Origin: Candidatus Obscuribacterales bacterium
GTDB lineage: Bacteria > Cyanobacteriota > Vampirovibrionia > Obscuribacterales > Obscuribacteraceae
Reading direction: 5' to 3'
DNA length: 64,000 bases
Assembly (NCBI GenBank): GCA_965228855.1
Contig: CBDDIJ010000003.1
Coordinates: forward strand, 3,616,001-3,680,000
The notes beneath the pieces were generated by a model that saw only the letters and a program-made list of their open reading frames with translations, ran no database searches and was not told where the DNA came from. A program made the translations under genes and the position numbers. This document shows, piece by piece, positions 30,110 through 40,209 of this stretch (position 1 is the stretch's first letter; every line of letters begins with the position of its first letter).

Positions 30110-31768
30110 ATGAAAGGCAGCGAAATACTCATCAAAGCGTTAGAAGCCGAAGGTGTCGACACCATCTTCGGTTACCCGGGCGGAGCAATCATGCCGGTCT
30201 ACGACGCTCTGTATGATTCGCAACTCAAACACATACTGGTTAGACACGAGCAGGCAGCAGCGCTTGCCGCCGATGCTTATGCTCGTGTCACCGGTAAGGT
30301 GGGCGTGTGCCTTGCAACTTCCGGTCCAGGAGCAACCAATTTGATCACGGGAATCGCCAATGCTTTTCTCGACTCTGTCCCAATGGTGGCAATCACCGGA
30401 CAAGTTCCAGCCGCTTACATCGGCACCGACGCATTCCAGGAAGTGGATATTTTCGGCATCTCGATGCCGGTTGTAAAACACAGCTTCCTGGTGCGTCGCA
30501 TTGAAGACCTTGCAGACACGGTAGCGAAAGCGTTCAAAATTGCACGCTCGGGTCGTCCCGGACCGGTTCTCATCGACCTTCCGAAGAATATCACCGTAGC
30601 GGACCTACCGAATCCCCAATTCAACGGCAACCAGGTCGAATTGTTGAGCAGAGGTGAAGCAAAACAGCTTGCGACTGCCAGAACCATGATTCAGGAAGCG
30701 AAGAAACCGTTGGTATACGCCGGCGGCGGTGTTCGCATAGCGGGTGCCACAGACGAGCTTCGCGCTTTCGTCGAAGCATGCGGCATGCCGTGCGTGACCA
30801 CTCTTCATGGAATCGGCTCTATTCAAGGAGATCACGAACTTTGTCTCGGCATGCTCGGCATGCATGGGACGCGTGCCGCAAATATGGCGGTTCAAGAATG
30901 CGACCTGCTCATCGCAGTCGGCGCTCGATTCGACGACCGCGTCACCGGCAAACTCGCAGAGTTCGCACCTCATGCACGTGTAGTTCACATGGATGGAGAC
31001 CCGTGCGAAGTATCAAAAATGCGCGCAGCTGATTGCGGTATCGTCGGCGATATCAAGGTTTCATTAAATTTCTTGCACGCAGAGCTTGATATCGATGAAT
31101 GGGTTTCAACCTGCATGCAGCGCAAAGAGCAATTCCAGTTTAAATACGATGCGCCTGGCGAACTCGTCTATGCTCCAAGTTTTCTCAAAGAATTGAGCGA
31201 CCGGTCCAAAGGCGAAGAAAACACGATCGTCTCCTGTGATGTCGGTCAGCACCAGATGTGGGTAGCTCAGCATGTATCATTCGACATGCCGAACAATCAC
31301 CTGACCAGTGGCGGTTTGGGCACGATGGGCTTCGGACTTCCGGCGGCAATCGGTGCCCAGCTTGCAAGCCCGGAATCGCGTGTAGTCTGCGTATCCGGAG
31401 ACGGTTCTTTCATGATGAATGTGCAGGAACTGGCAACTATCAAACGTTATAACCTGCCTATCAAAATCGTTTTATTCGACAACTCGGCACTGGGGATGGT
31501 GCGTCAGTGGCAGGAACTTTTCTTCGAAAAGCGCTACAGCGAAGTCGACCTCTCGGATAACCCGGACTTCGCCAAGGTCGCCGATGCGTTCGGAATACCA
31601 TCTTTCCGCGTAGAGAAACGCTCGGAAGTCTCAGACGCAATCACCAGAATATTGACGGAGGAAGGTCCTCTCTTCGTACACGTAATTATCGACACCGCCG
31701 CCAATGTGTGGCCTTTGGTGCCACCAGGCAAAAACAATTCTGAAATGTTGGAGGAAGCAACTGTATGA
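30110..31768 (+). CDS. ilvG: Acetolactate synthase large subunit (AHAS II-like)
   Basis: [34 protein letters not shown]; paired with an IlvM-like small subunit. Confidence 0.9.
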   Translation: MKGSEILIKALEAEGVDTIFGYPGGAIMPVYDALYDSQLKHILVRHEQAAALAADAYARVTGKVGVCLATSGPGATNLITGIANAFLDSVPMVAITGQVPAAYIGTDAFQEVDIFGISMPVVKHSFLVRRIEDLADTVAKAFKIARSGRPGPVLIDLPKNITVADLPNPQFNGNQVELLSRGEAKQLATARTMIQEAKKPLVYAGGGVRIAGATDELRAFVEACGMPCVTTLHGIGSIQGDHELCLGMLGMHGTRAANMAVQECDLLIAVGARFDDRVTGKLAEFAPHARVVHMDGDPCEVSKMRAADCGIVGDIKVSLNFLHAELDIDEWVSTCMQRKEQFQFKYDAPGELVYAPSFLKELSDRSKGEENTIVSCDVGQHQMWVAQHVSFDMPNNHLTSGGLGTMGFGLPAAIGAQLASPESRVVCVSGDGSFMMNVQELATIKRYNLPIKIVLFDNSALGMVRQWQELFFEKRYSEVDLSDNPDFAKVADAFGIPSFRVEKRSEVSDAITRILTEEGPLFVHVIIDTAANVWPLVPPGKNNSEMLEEATV

Positions 31769-32130
31769 GATTCACACTAGACGTCACGATGGCAAACACC
31801 GAGGGCGCATTAGAACGCCTTCTCGGCAGACTGCGCCAACGCAACTTCACGGTGTGCGGTTTAAACGCTAACACTAGTGCAAACTTCGCCCGTATGGACG
31901 TAAAAGTTACAGTGGAAAGCACGAAAGCAATCGAGCTGGCGATCAAGCAGTTGAATAAACTGATCGACGTTGACGGAGTAGAAATACGGGCAGCAGAAGA
32001 GCACCCGGCACACCACCAACAGGCTCGTCCGCACGTTCAACATCATCCGGAAAGAAAACACGTCACGTCGTTCGAACCACATCCGTCGTTTCAATCATTC
32101 GAACTAACGACCAGCCAGATTGGGCTCTGA
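31765..32130 (+). CDS. ilvM: Acetolactate synthase small subunit (IlvM-like ACT domain) with His-rich tail
   Basis: [14 protein letters not shown]..., [13 protein letters not shown] overlap with ilvG. Confidence 0.8.
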   Translation: MRFTLDVTMANTEGALERLLGRLRQRNFTVCGLNANTSANFARMDVKVTVESTKAIELAIKQLNKLIDVDGVEIRAAEEHPAHHQQARPHVQHHPERKHVTSFEPHPSFQSFELTTSQIGL

Positions 32131-32220
32131 TAGCGAATTTCATGATTCCGGAACTCGCTGGTTCCGAGAACGTTCTTAGACCTATCAATCATTGGCACAG
32201 ATAAGCGAGACAGAAAGAAA

Positions 32221-33834
32221 ATGAAACTGAGCAATACCCAACACAATCAAGTCGTGCTGTATGACACAACCTTGCGTGATGGCGCCCAGAGAAAAGGAAT
32301 CAGTTTTTCTCTCGAAGACAAACTTAAAATTACCAAGTTGCTGGACGATTTCGGTGTGAGTTACATCGAAGGCGGCTGGCCAGGTTCCAACCCGAAGGAT
32401 TTCGAGTATTTCCAGCGCGTCAAATCAATGCGATTGAAACATGCTCGCGTCGTGGCTTTTGGAAGCACAAGAAAGGCGGGAGTGACTGCCGCAGAAGATC
32501 AGAACACCGCGAGGCTTCTTGAAGCTGCAACTGATTGCGTAGCCCTTGTCGGTAAATCATCTTCAAAACACGTGCTCAAAGTTCTCCGCACCACTCTCGA
32601 AGAGAATCTCGAGATGATCAAAGATAGCATCAGCTATTTGAAGAGCCATGGCAAGGAAGTTATCTTCGACGCCGAGCACTATTTCGACGGCTTCGAAGAA
32701 GATCAGGAGTATTCTTTAAAAGCCCTTCTGGCAGCTCAAGAAGCTGGTGCGGATTGGCTCGTGCTTTGCGACACCAATGGTCGACACATCCCAAGCAGAA
32801 TCAGAGAAATAGTTGCGCAAACCAATGCGGTTGTGAGTGTTCCGCTCGGCATCCACGCTCACAACGACGGTGAACTTGCCGTGGCCAACTCGATTGCTGC
32901 AGTAGAAGCAGGCGCGAAACAAATTCAAGGGACTATAAACGGTTACGGCGAGCGCTGCGGAAACGCAAATCTCATCTCGTTGGCGCCAACACTTCAGCTC
33001 AAAATGGGCTACCAATGCGTTCCTCAAAAGAGCCTGGTCAGATTGACTGAACTATCCAGAACAGTCAGCGAAATCGCAAATTTGAGCCCGGATCCTTATG
33101 CACCATATGTGGGGTCAGCCGCTTTCGCTCACAAAGCCGGATTACACGCTGCTGCTGTCGAAAAGTTCGCAGCCAGTTACGAGCATATGCAGCCGGAGCT
33201 CGTCGGCAATACACGAGAGATTCTGATATCCGAACTGTCCGGAAGAGGAAACGTGAGACTGCTGGCGTCGCAAATTTCAGGAAAAATGCCGTTCGCGGAA
33301 CAGGAAGTTCTTGACCGCATTAAAGAACTCGAGCAAAAGGGCTACAAATTCGAGGATGCGCAAGGCAGCGTCGAATTGATGATCAGACGCGACGATCCGC
33401 AGTATGTGACACCATTCGAGTTGATCGAAATCATGGTGGTGGTCAACGATCGCGTCGGTCAGGGAAGCTCCGCCGAAGCCGTGGTCAAAGTCAAAGTAGG
33501 AGACACCGTCCACCACACCGTCTCCGTAGGACGCGGTCCGGTGCATGCACTCGACAATGCATTCCGTAAAGCACTCGCACCGGTTTATCCAGAAATCGAG
33601 AACGTTAGACTGGTCGACTATAAAGTCAGAATTCTCGATCCTGATCAAGCAACAGAAGCGACAACTCGCGTTGTGATCGAAGCAGCAAACGATGAAGAGC
33701 GCTGGTCGACAGTCGGAGTTTCCGACAACATCATCGAAGCAAGCTGCCAGGCGTTGGTTGATAGTCTCGAACTTTATCTAGCCAGATGTTCATCTTCAGT
33801 ACAAGTCCAAGAAACCCAGGAGGTTGTTGCGTAA
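32221..33834 (+). CDS. cimA: Citramalate synthase (LeuA/CimA family)
   Basis: YDTTLRDGAQ..GISFS, IEGGWPGSNPKD, FDAEHYFDG, AHKAGLH, DYKVRIL. Confidence 0.88.
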   Translation: MKLSNTQHNQVVLYDTTLRDGAQRKGISFSLEDKLKITKLLDDFGVSYIEGGWPGSNPKDFEYFQRVKSMRLKHARVVAFGSTRKAGVTAAEDQNTARLLEAATDCVALVGKSSSKHVLKVLRTTLEENLEMIKDSISYLKSHGKEVIFDAEHYFDGFEEDQEYSLKALLAAQEAGADWLVLCDTNGRHIPSRIREIVAQTNAVVSVPLGIHAHNDGELAVANSIAAVEAGAKQIQGTINGYGERCGNANLISLAPTLQLKMGYQCVPQKSLVRLTELSRTVSEIANLSPDPYAPYVGSAAFAHKAGLHAAAVEKFAASYEHMQPELVGNTREILISELSGRGNVRLLASQISGKMPFAEQEVLDRIKELEQKGYKFEDAQGSVELMIRRDDPQYVTPFELIEIMVVVNDRVGQGSSAEAVVKVKVGDTVHHTVSVGRGPVHALDNAFRKALAPVYPEIENVRLVDYKVRILDPDQATEATTRVVIEAANDEERWSTVGVSDNIIEASCQALVDSLELYLARCSSSVQVQETQEVVA

Positions 33835-35315
33835 TGTCGCAGGTCAAGTCTACGTCGAAGCCTAAGAAACATAAAACCGGTGAGTCTGAAGTTCAGACGC
33901 CGAGCGCAACGGCAAAACAGCCGAGAAATATTGTCCAGAAGATTTGGGACAGTCACGTCGTCAGCCAGCAAGAAGGGCATCCCGCCATCTTTGCTATCGA
34001 CTTGATGCTTTTGCACGAAGTTACTTCGGCACAGGCATTTCAAACAATCGAATCGCGCGGATTGAAGATCGCCAATCCGGAAAGATTGCTCGCCACAATC
34101 GATCACAGCATTCCGACCAGACAGAATAGATACGAGATCTATGACGAAGCTGCACGTTCGCAAGTCGAAACTCTGCGTGCCAACTGCAAACGTCACGGCG
34201 TCCCATTCATGGATTTCGACAGTGGCAACCAGGGCATCGTCCACGTTATCGGACCGGAGCTTGGAGTCACTCAACCCGGCATGACCATCGTATGTGGTGA
34301 CTCGCATACCTCCACCCATGGTGCCTTCGGAGCACTCGCATTTGGCGTCGGCACGTCCGAGGTCGCGCACGTCATGGCGACCGGCTGCCTACTGCAGGAA
34401 GCACCAAAGTCAATGAAAGTCGAGTTCAAAGGTAAGTTGAAGAAAGGCGTCTATTCGAAAGATGCGATTTTGAAACTGATTTCGATCATCGGAGTCGGCG
34501 GTGCAAACGGTCACGTCATCGAATACACCGGAGAAGCAATCTCTAAAATGTCGATGGAAGAGCGCATGACCATCTGCAACATGAGCATCGAATGTGGTGC
34601 TCGCGCAGGTCTTATCGCACCGGATAGGGTGACTTATGATTATCTTCGCGGTCGCCGCTTAGCGCCACCGGACAGCCAATTCTTGAAAGCTGTCGAGTAT
34701 TGGAACTCTTTGAAGACTGATAAAGATGCCGCCTACGACAAGGAAGTCGTAATTGACCTCGATCAGCTTGACCCGATGGTGACCTGGGGGACAAACCCAA
34801 GCCAGGGCTGCGAACTAGGACAGCCGGTCCCAAGTCCGAAATCACTTCCGGAACTCGAACGCAAAGACCTCGAAGCAGCTCTCGCCTATACAAAGGTGGA
34901 CGCCGGCAAATCGATCGAAGGCTTGCCATTCCAATGGGCATTTGTCGGTTCTTGCACGAACGGACGAATCGAAGATTTGCGAATTGCGGCAAGCATACTC
35001 AAAGGCAACAAAGTTGCCAGCGGCGTAACCATGTATGTCGTCCCGGGTTCTGAATCAGTTCGCGAACAAGCGATGAAAGAGGGACTGGATAAAGTATTCG
35101 AAGAAGCAGGTGCTCAATTCAGAATGCCCGGCTGCTCGATGTGCTTGAGCATGAATGACGACCGCGTTCCGCCCGGTGAGCGTTGCGTTTCCAGCTCCAA
35201 CAGAAACTTCATGGGCCGGCAGGGTCCCGACAGCATCACCCACCTGGCGTCACCAGCAACGGTGGCAGCCAGTGCCATCGCAGGTCGTATCTCATCAGCA
35301 TCGAAATATTTATAA
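33834..35315 (+). CDS. leuC: 3-isopropylmalate dehydratase large subunit
   Basis: HEVTS, CGDSHTSTHGA, GSCTNGR, GCSMC, SNRNF; TAATG overlap with cimA. Confidence 0.97.
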   Translation: MSQVKSTSKPKKHKTGESEVQTPSATAKQPRNIVQKIWDSHVVSQQEGHPAIFAIDLMLLHEVTSAQAFQTIESRGLKIANPERLLATIDHSIPTRQNRYEIYDEAARSQVETLRANCKRHGVPFMDFDSGNQGIVHVIGPELGVTQPGMTIVCGDSHTSTHGAFGALAFGVGTSEVAHVMATGCLLQEAPKSMKVEFKGKLKKGVYSKDAILKLISIIGVGGANGHVIEYTGEAISKMSMEERMTICNMSIECGARAGLIAPDRVTYDYLRGRRLAPPDSQFLKAVEYWNSLKTDKDAAYDKEVVIDLDQLDPMVTWGTNPSQGCELGQPVPSPKSLPELERKDLEAALAYTKVDAGKSIEGLPFQWAFVGSCTNGRIEDLRIAASILKGNKVASGVTMYVVPGSESVREQAMKEGLDKVFEEAGAQFRMPGCSMCLSMNDDRVPPGERCVSSSNRNFMGRQGPDSITHLASPATVAASAIAGRISSASKYL

Positions 35316-35330
35316 GGCAGGCAATCAGAA

Positions 35331-35975
35331 ATGAAAAAATACGAGACACTGACATCGAAAGTAGTTCCGTTGCCGAAGAATGATGTAGACACGGATCAGA
35401 TAATCCCGGCACAGTATTTGACCAGCACCTCACGGGACGGTTATGGTCAAAACCTTTTCCGCAGACTGCGAGACACGGAAGCGGACTTTCCGCTCAATCA
35501 GGACCGCTACAAAGATGCGGAAATATTGCTGACCGGCTACAACTTCGGATGCGGCTCGTCACGCGAGCACGCAGTCTGGGCAATCGCTGGTGCGAATTTC
35601 AAAGTTGTGATCGCCGAAAGTTTCGCCGACATCTTTTCGAATAACAGCGCCAAGAATGGGTTGTTATTGGTTTCACTTCCGAAAGCGGTGATTGAAAGAT
35701 TGCTCAAGCGAGCGGAGAAAGATGATTTATTCGTCACCGTGGACCTGGAAAATCAGGTGGTGCTGGTAAAAGAGGGTTTAACGACCGAAAAACATTCTTT
35801 CGAGTACGACCCCTTCAGAAAACATTGTTTGCTCAACGGGCTCGACGACATTAACTACATCCTGTCCCACCAGTCGGAAATAGACGAGTTTCGGACTCGA
35901 AACGCTAAGAGTTGGACGGTTTCACCTTCTAATTCTAATGAAGAGAATTTGGCATTAGCGGGTACAAAAAACTAG
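35331..35975 (+). CDS. leuD: 3-isopropylmalate dehydratase small subunit
   Basis: DVDTDQIIP, NFGCGSSREHA, SFADIF..N. Confidence 0.97.
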   Translation: MKKYETLTSKVVPLPKNDVDTDQIIPAQYLTSTSRDGYGQNLFRRLRDTEADFPLNQDRYKDAEILLTGYNFGCGSSREHAVWAIAGANFKVVIAESFADIFSNNSAKNGLLLVSLPKAVIERLLKRAEKDDLFVTVDLENQVVLVKEGLTTEKHSFEYDPFRKHCLLNGLDDINYILSHQSEIDEFRTRNAKSWTVSPSNSNEENLALAGTKN

Positions 35976-35983
35976 AGGTTAAA

Positions 35984-37132
35984 ATGCAACGGACTATAGC
36001 AGTTCTTCCGGGCGACGGAATCGGACCAGAGGTGATGAAGGAAGCACTTAGAGTGCTTAAAGTCGTCGCGGACAAATTCGGTCATGAATTCCGCATCAAT
36101 GAAGGTGTCGCCGGCGGTGCCGCCTACGAAAAATACGGTGCGCATTTGCCGCAAGAAACCCTCGATGTCTGCAAGGCGAGCGACGCAATTCTGTTTGGCT
36201 CCGTCGGTGGACCGATCAACGAGATGCATCTGCCGAAATGGGTCGATTGCGAAAGGAATTCGATTCTGACGCTCCGAAAAACTTTCAACTTCGCGGTCAA
36301 TCTGCGCCCCGCGAAAGTTTATAAGGGCATGGAAGGCATCTGTCCTTTGAAAGCAGAAGTCCTCGAAAAGGGCGTCGACATGCTCATCGTTCGTGAACTT
36401 CTCGGCGATGCATATTTCGGTCGTCATGAACGCGGCGAGCGCGACGGAATTCGATTCGCTCAGGATGAATCAGAGTACACGGAAGATCAAGTGAGAACCG
36501 CGGCTCATGCAGGTTTCAAAGCCGCCAGACTACGCGGAAAGAGATTGACTTCCGTCGACAAGGCGAATGTGCTTACGGCGTCGAGACTCTGGAGAGAAGT
36601 TGTAAAAGAAGTTTCCTCCGAATACCCGGACGTGCAGCTTGAAGACATGCTGGTCGACAACTGCGCAATGCAACTCATCAGAGATCCGGGTCAATTTGAT
36701 GTGATCGTCACATCAAATATGTTTGGCGACATTCTTTCGGATGCAGCCGCAGCACTCCCGGGTTCGCTCGGACTGTGCGCATCTGCGAGCATGAATGATA
36801 GCGGTTTCGGGCTCTACGAGCCGCCTGGTGGCAGTGCGCAAGACATTGCAGGAAAGGGAATTGCCAATCCAATTGCGCAAATTCTTTCAGCCGCGCTGTT
36901 GCTTCGCTATTCTTTCGGTCTGGAGCAAGAAGCCAGAGCAATCGAAGATGCAGTCGAAGCTGCATTGAAAGCAGGTTACAGAACTTCCGACATCAAGCGC
37001 ACTACTAGCGATACCAAATCAAAAGACGAGGAGAAACTTGTTGGTACGGTTGAGATGACGAATGCAATTCTGGTGGAACTGGAAAAGCTGACGGCAAGCA
37101 TAAAGAAGAAAGAAGCCGTTGCGGCCAACTAG
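35984..37132 (+). CDS. leuB: 3-isopropylmalate dehydrogenase
   Basis: PGDGIGPEV, VDKANV, NMFGDILSD, GIANP. Confidence 0.97.
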   Translation: MQRTIAVLPGDGIGPEVMKEALRVLKVVADKFGHEFRINEGVAGGAAYEKYGAHLPQETLDVCKASDAILFGSVGGPINEMHLPKWVDCERNSILTLRKTFNFAVNLRPAKVYKGMEGICPLKAEVLEKGVDMLIVRELLGDAYFGRHERGERDGIRFAQDESEYTEDQVRTAAHAGFKAARLRGKRLTSVDKANVLTASRLWREVVKEVSSEYPDVQLEDMLVDNCAMQLIRDPGQFDVIVTSNMFGDILSDAAAALPGSLGLCASASMNDSGFGLYEPPGGSAQDIAGKGIANPIAQILSAALLLRYSFGLEQEARAIEDAVEAALKAGYRTSDIKRTTSDTKSKDEEKLVGTVEMTNAILVELEKLTASIKKKEAVAAN

Positions 37133-37242
37133 AGGTATCGAATTCGAACGGAAACGTTCAAATAACATCAAAAATTTCACAATGTCCTAGCAACACAATC
37201 GAATCGTTCAAATCCTGAATAGAAGCCAGAGGAGGCACCCAT

Positions 37243-37671
37243 ATGTTTGATCAAACCAGCAACTGGATGGAACAAGAAAGTTATCCGGATTACGACACAA
37301 CGTCTAACGAACGACGACGACGAAGATCTACCAACACTCGTCGCCGCCACGACAATGGAACGAACAACTCCTACGGCGACACGGTTTTCAAAGATTTGAA
37401 CGGAAGAATAACGGCATTTCGCTACAACGAGCATGGAACGGTTTATTCCTTTGAATATGATAGAGAAGGACAAGTGAACTCGATAAACCGCTCGGACGGC
37501 TGGGTTTGGAGAAGAGTCGAAACCAGTGCATTCCGTGGATGGGTAGTTCGCAACTACTGGGAAAGCTGGAAAGTAGACAGCGACGATTGTGGAAATGTTG
37601 AAATTGACGATGCCGGCGTCAGAGCTACCGGAGCTAATGCGGACCTGATGGGACTGCCAGAACGAGTTTAA
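37243..37671 (+). CDS. Hypothetical protein, beta-hairpin rich
   Basis: GAGGAGG RBS; 142-aa ORF. Confidence 0.65.
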   Translation: MFDQTSNWMEQESYPDYDTTSNERRRRRSTNTRRRHDNGTNNSYGDTVFKDLNGRITAFRYNEHGTVYSFEYDREGQVNSINRSDGWVWRRVETSAFRGWVVRNYWESWKVDSDDCGNVEIDDAGVRATGANADLMGLPERV

Positions 37672-37697
37672 ACGACGTACTTAGATAACGCACAGTT

Positions 37698-37762
37698 GAA
37701 ACGGCGCCGCTCGACGGTTCCCCAGAGCCTCCTCCTGGGAATCAGAAAGTCGGCGCCGTTTT
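37698..37762 (+). terminator. Long hairpin, probable terminator
   Basis: AAACGGCGCCG ... CGGCGCCGTTTT with an inner imperfect stem. Confidence 0.55.
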
Positions 37763-37859
37763 GTCAATGATGTTTTGCGTCACAGCAAAGTCACGGTCGA
37801 CGAATAACTTCCTCAGAATCAAATCCACGAGCCCCGACCGATGTCGAGAGGATGTTTTT

Positions 37860-38279
37860 ATGCCAGCAGAACAATTCGAACAAATTAAACCAGACGCGAC
37901 GTTCAACAACTCATCTAACCTGAACTTCCGAGACCTCCTTGAAGGCTTCGACATGAATAATTTGCGCATGTCATCGAACAACACAAGCGAGAAAAACCTG
38001 CCTCAAATGTCAATCGAAGGAACAACCTCGAAAAGTGAGGCGAGCAGACCCGATGCAACGGGTAGCTGCGAAGCACTTCAAGCAGAAGGTTTCAAGATCC
38101 TTTGCCGCGATGATTCAGGTAAAAAACCACAAGTACACGAACCTCCAACAAAGGTGCCAAACATAAAAGACCCCCAGATCAAGAATCCGCAAGTAAAAGA
38201 TCCGGATGCCTGCACTAAAGGTCCCGACAAAACGCCGCGCGACACAAAACCGTGGCTCCGTGGACACAAAAACGGCTGA
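37860..38279 (+). CDS. Hypothetical protein with Pro/Lys pentapeptide repeats
   Basis: GAGAGGA RBS before ATG 37860; PTKVPNIKDPQIKNPQVKDP. Confidence 0.65.
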   Translation: MPAEQFEQIKPDATFNNSSNLNFRDLLEGFDMNNLRMSSNNTSEKNLPQMSIEGTTSKSEASRPDATGSCEALQAEGFKILCRDDSGKKPQVHEPPTKVPNIKDPQIKNPQVKDPDACTKGPDKTPRDTKPWLRGHKNG

Positions 38280-38305
38280 GGATCAGCTTTTCCAATCAGG
38301 TGCTT

Positions 38306-39304
38306 TTACTTCAAGACGATCTTGGATGAAATACCGATCAACTCGGAGTGACGAACTACCTTTAGCTCAACTCGGTCTGCGCGCTTATCCAATAACGCTC
38401 TATGGAGATCGTCAACGTCGTTGATAATCCGATCGTCTAAAGCGACAATGGCATCGCCCTCCCGCAAGCCCGAGCGTTTTGCCGGACTATCGGAATCGAA
38501 ACCGATAACGAGAACTGCTCCGGTGTTTGTCAGGTTATGAAAACGAGATTGTCTTCTGTTTAGAGGCAGATTCTGTGCAGCGATGCCAAGCCAGCCGCGA
38601 CTGACGTGACCGTCTTTCAGTAAGGAAACGGCAACTGAGGTCGCGGTGTTGACCGGCACCGCAAGACAGATTCCTTGTGCAGGTAAAATAATCGCCGTAT
38701 TAACACCGACAACTCTTCCCTTCGAATCGATCAATGGTCCGCCGGAGTTTCCTGGATTAAGAGCGGCATCAGTTTGAATTACGTTGTCGATCAGACGTCC
38801 CGACTGAGCGCGCATCGAGCGCCCAAGCGCACTGACGACGCCGGCGGTGACAGTCGATTGGAATCCAAATGGATTACCAATCGCGATCACAACTTGTCCC
38901 ACTTTCAGTTTTTGAGAATCACCGAGTTTAGCCGCCACTAAATGCGGTGCCCATATTTGGATAACGGCAAGGTCTGTATGCGGATCTTCGCCAATAAGCC
39001 TGGCTTCGGAACGCTGACCGTCTGCCATAGTTACATATATAGAAGTAGCGCCATTTACTACGTGGCTATTCGTAAAGATGTATCCGTCGGGCGTGAAGAT
39101 GAAGCCACTACCGCCTCCACGCTCTACGTCTTCGCCACGACGCTTGCGCGGTCGCTCAATTTCAACATTCACAACGGACTCGGCGACACGCTCAGACGCG
39201 CCCACGACAGCGTTGGAGTATGCATCAAGCAAATCGTCGTCCGACACATCATCATTTGGGACATCCATTGTATCGCTGTCCCAGTGCGTATCTTCTAACA
39301 ACAT
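38306..39304 (-). CDS. HtrA/DegS-like trypsin serine protease with a single PDZ domain
   Basis: GSGF, TNSHVV, TDLAV, IQTDAALNPGNSGGPL, GWLGI; no signal peptide. Confidence 0.92.
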   Translation of the reverse strand: MLLEDTHWDSDTMDVPNDDVSDDDLLDAYSNAVVGASERVAESVVNVEIERPRKRRGEDVERGGGSGFIFTPDGYIFTNSHVVNGATSIYVTMADGQRSEARLIGEDPHTDLAVIQIWAPHLVAAKLGDSQKLKVGQVVIAIGNPFGFQSTVTAGVVSALGRSMRAQSGRLIDNVIQTDAALNPGNSGGPLIDSKGRVVGVNTAIILPAQGICLAVPVNTATSVAVSLLKDGHVSRGWLGIAAQNLPLNRRQSRFHNLTNTGAVLVIGFDSDSPAKRSGLREGDAIVALDDRIINDVDDLHRALLDKRADRVELKVVRHSELIGISSKIVLK

Positions 39305-39449
39305 GGTTGGGTAACCTCTCAAATTTATGTTTTGAGAGTAACAAACTTTTGTGCTTTAAAACGAACGCAACAAAAATTTCTGTTTTGGGAGAGTTCTTCG
39401 GCTCGAGTGAATTCCGAGTGATTGAACCAAAACGTGAGAATGCGTGATA

Positions 39450-40166
39450 TCACAAACCAAAGTCCTCAAAGATACTGGAATCTAAATGATTGAACTTGAT
39501 TCGTTTCAGTGTCCAGTCACTAACCATTGGACTTTCCAACGATGCTATATGTTTTTCCTCTAAAACCATGGCGCGCGGATTGAAAAATTGGCTCACATTC
39601 ATCAAAGCAGAATAATATGTATGTAGAGCCTCGTTCAAAACCGCACATCCATCGCTTCGCATTCGACGAACGGTAAAATCCCTCTGCGAGATCCAGACGT
39701 GGAAACCCTGGTATATCTCACGGACGTGGTAACAAAGCTCCTCCTCAACAACTTCATCTTTAAGGGTGGCTAACTTTTCTCTGGTGAAATTGGGTCGGCG
39801 AGCGCCATCGATTAGCAACGGTAGTATGGTATCAGTTAGACCGAAGGAACATCCACCGGTTCCGGATAGGGCCATATGCACAGTGGTAATGTCTTCGATT
39901 CGGCCATGTATACTTTTCGAAAGATCCTTGCTCCTCCGTGGAAGCTTTACTCTCGCCTTATCGCCTTTGACCAGAAGAGAATATTTGTCTTCATCAAACC
40001 GACTGGTGCACCACTGGAATTTCAAAAGATTGGGTCGCATGAACTCAGTTTTGAACCAGCCGTCACCGCGACCGAAGTTATTGCACTTGATGATGCCTGA
40101 GTCTTCGTAAGATTGCATGGAACTGTATGCGAGTTTAACTCGCTCCTTAAGCTCGCCAATGTCCAT
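39450..40166 (-). CDS. Hypothetical protein, possibly LolA-like fold
   Basis: AGGAG RBS; YEDSG..F.RPN..KFQW and VWISQRDFTVRR. Confidence 0.55.
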   Translation of the reverse strand: MDIGELKERVKLAYSSMQSYEDSGIIKCNNFGRGDGWFKTEFMRPNLLKFQWCTSRFDEDKYSLLVKGDKARVKLPRRSKDLSKSIHGRIEDITTVHMALSGTGGCSFGLTDTILPLLIDGARRPNFTREKLATLKDEVVEEELCYHVREIYQGFHVWISQRDFTVRRMRSDGCAVLNEALHTYYSALMNVSQFFNPRAMVLEEKHIASLESPMVSDWTLKRIKFNHLDSSIFEDFGL

Positions 40167-40209
40167 TCGTGCTCCTAATGTTAGTTCGCACTACCGATCG
40201 ATAGTCGAA

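Noticed and set aside
37243..37671. RHS/YD-repeat toxin fragment (FEYDREGQV)
   Set aside because: Only one or two YD-like units, with no RHS core, toxin domain or immunity gene
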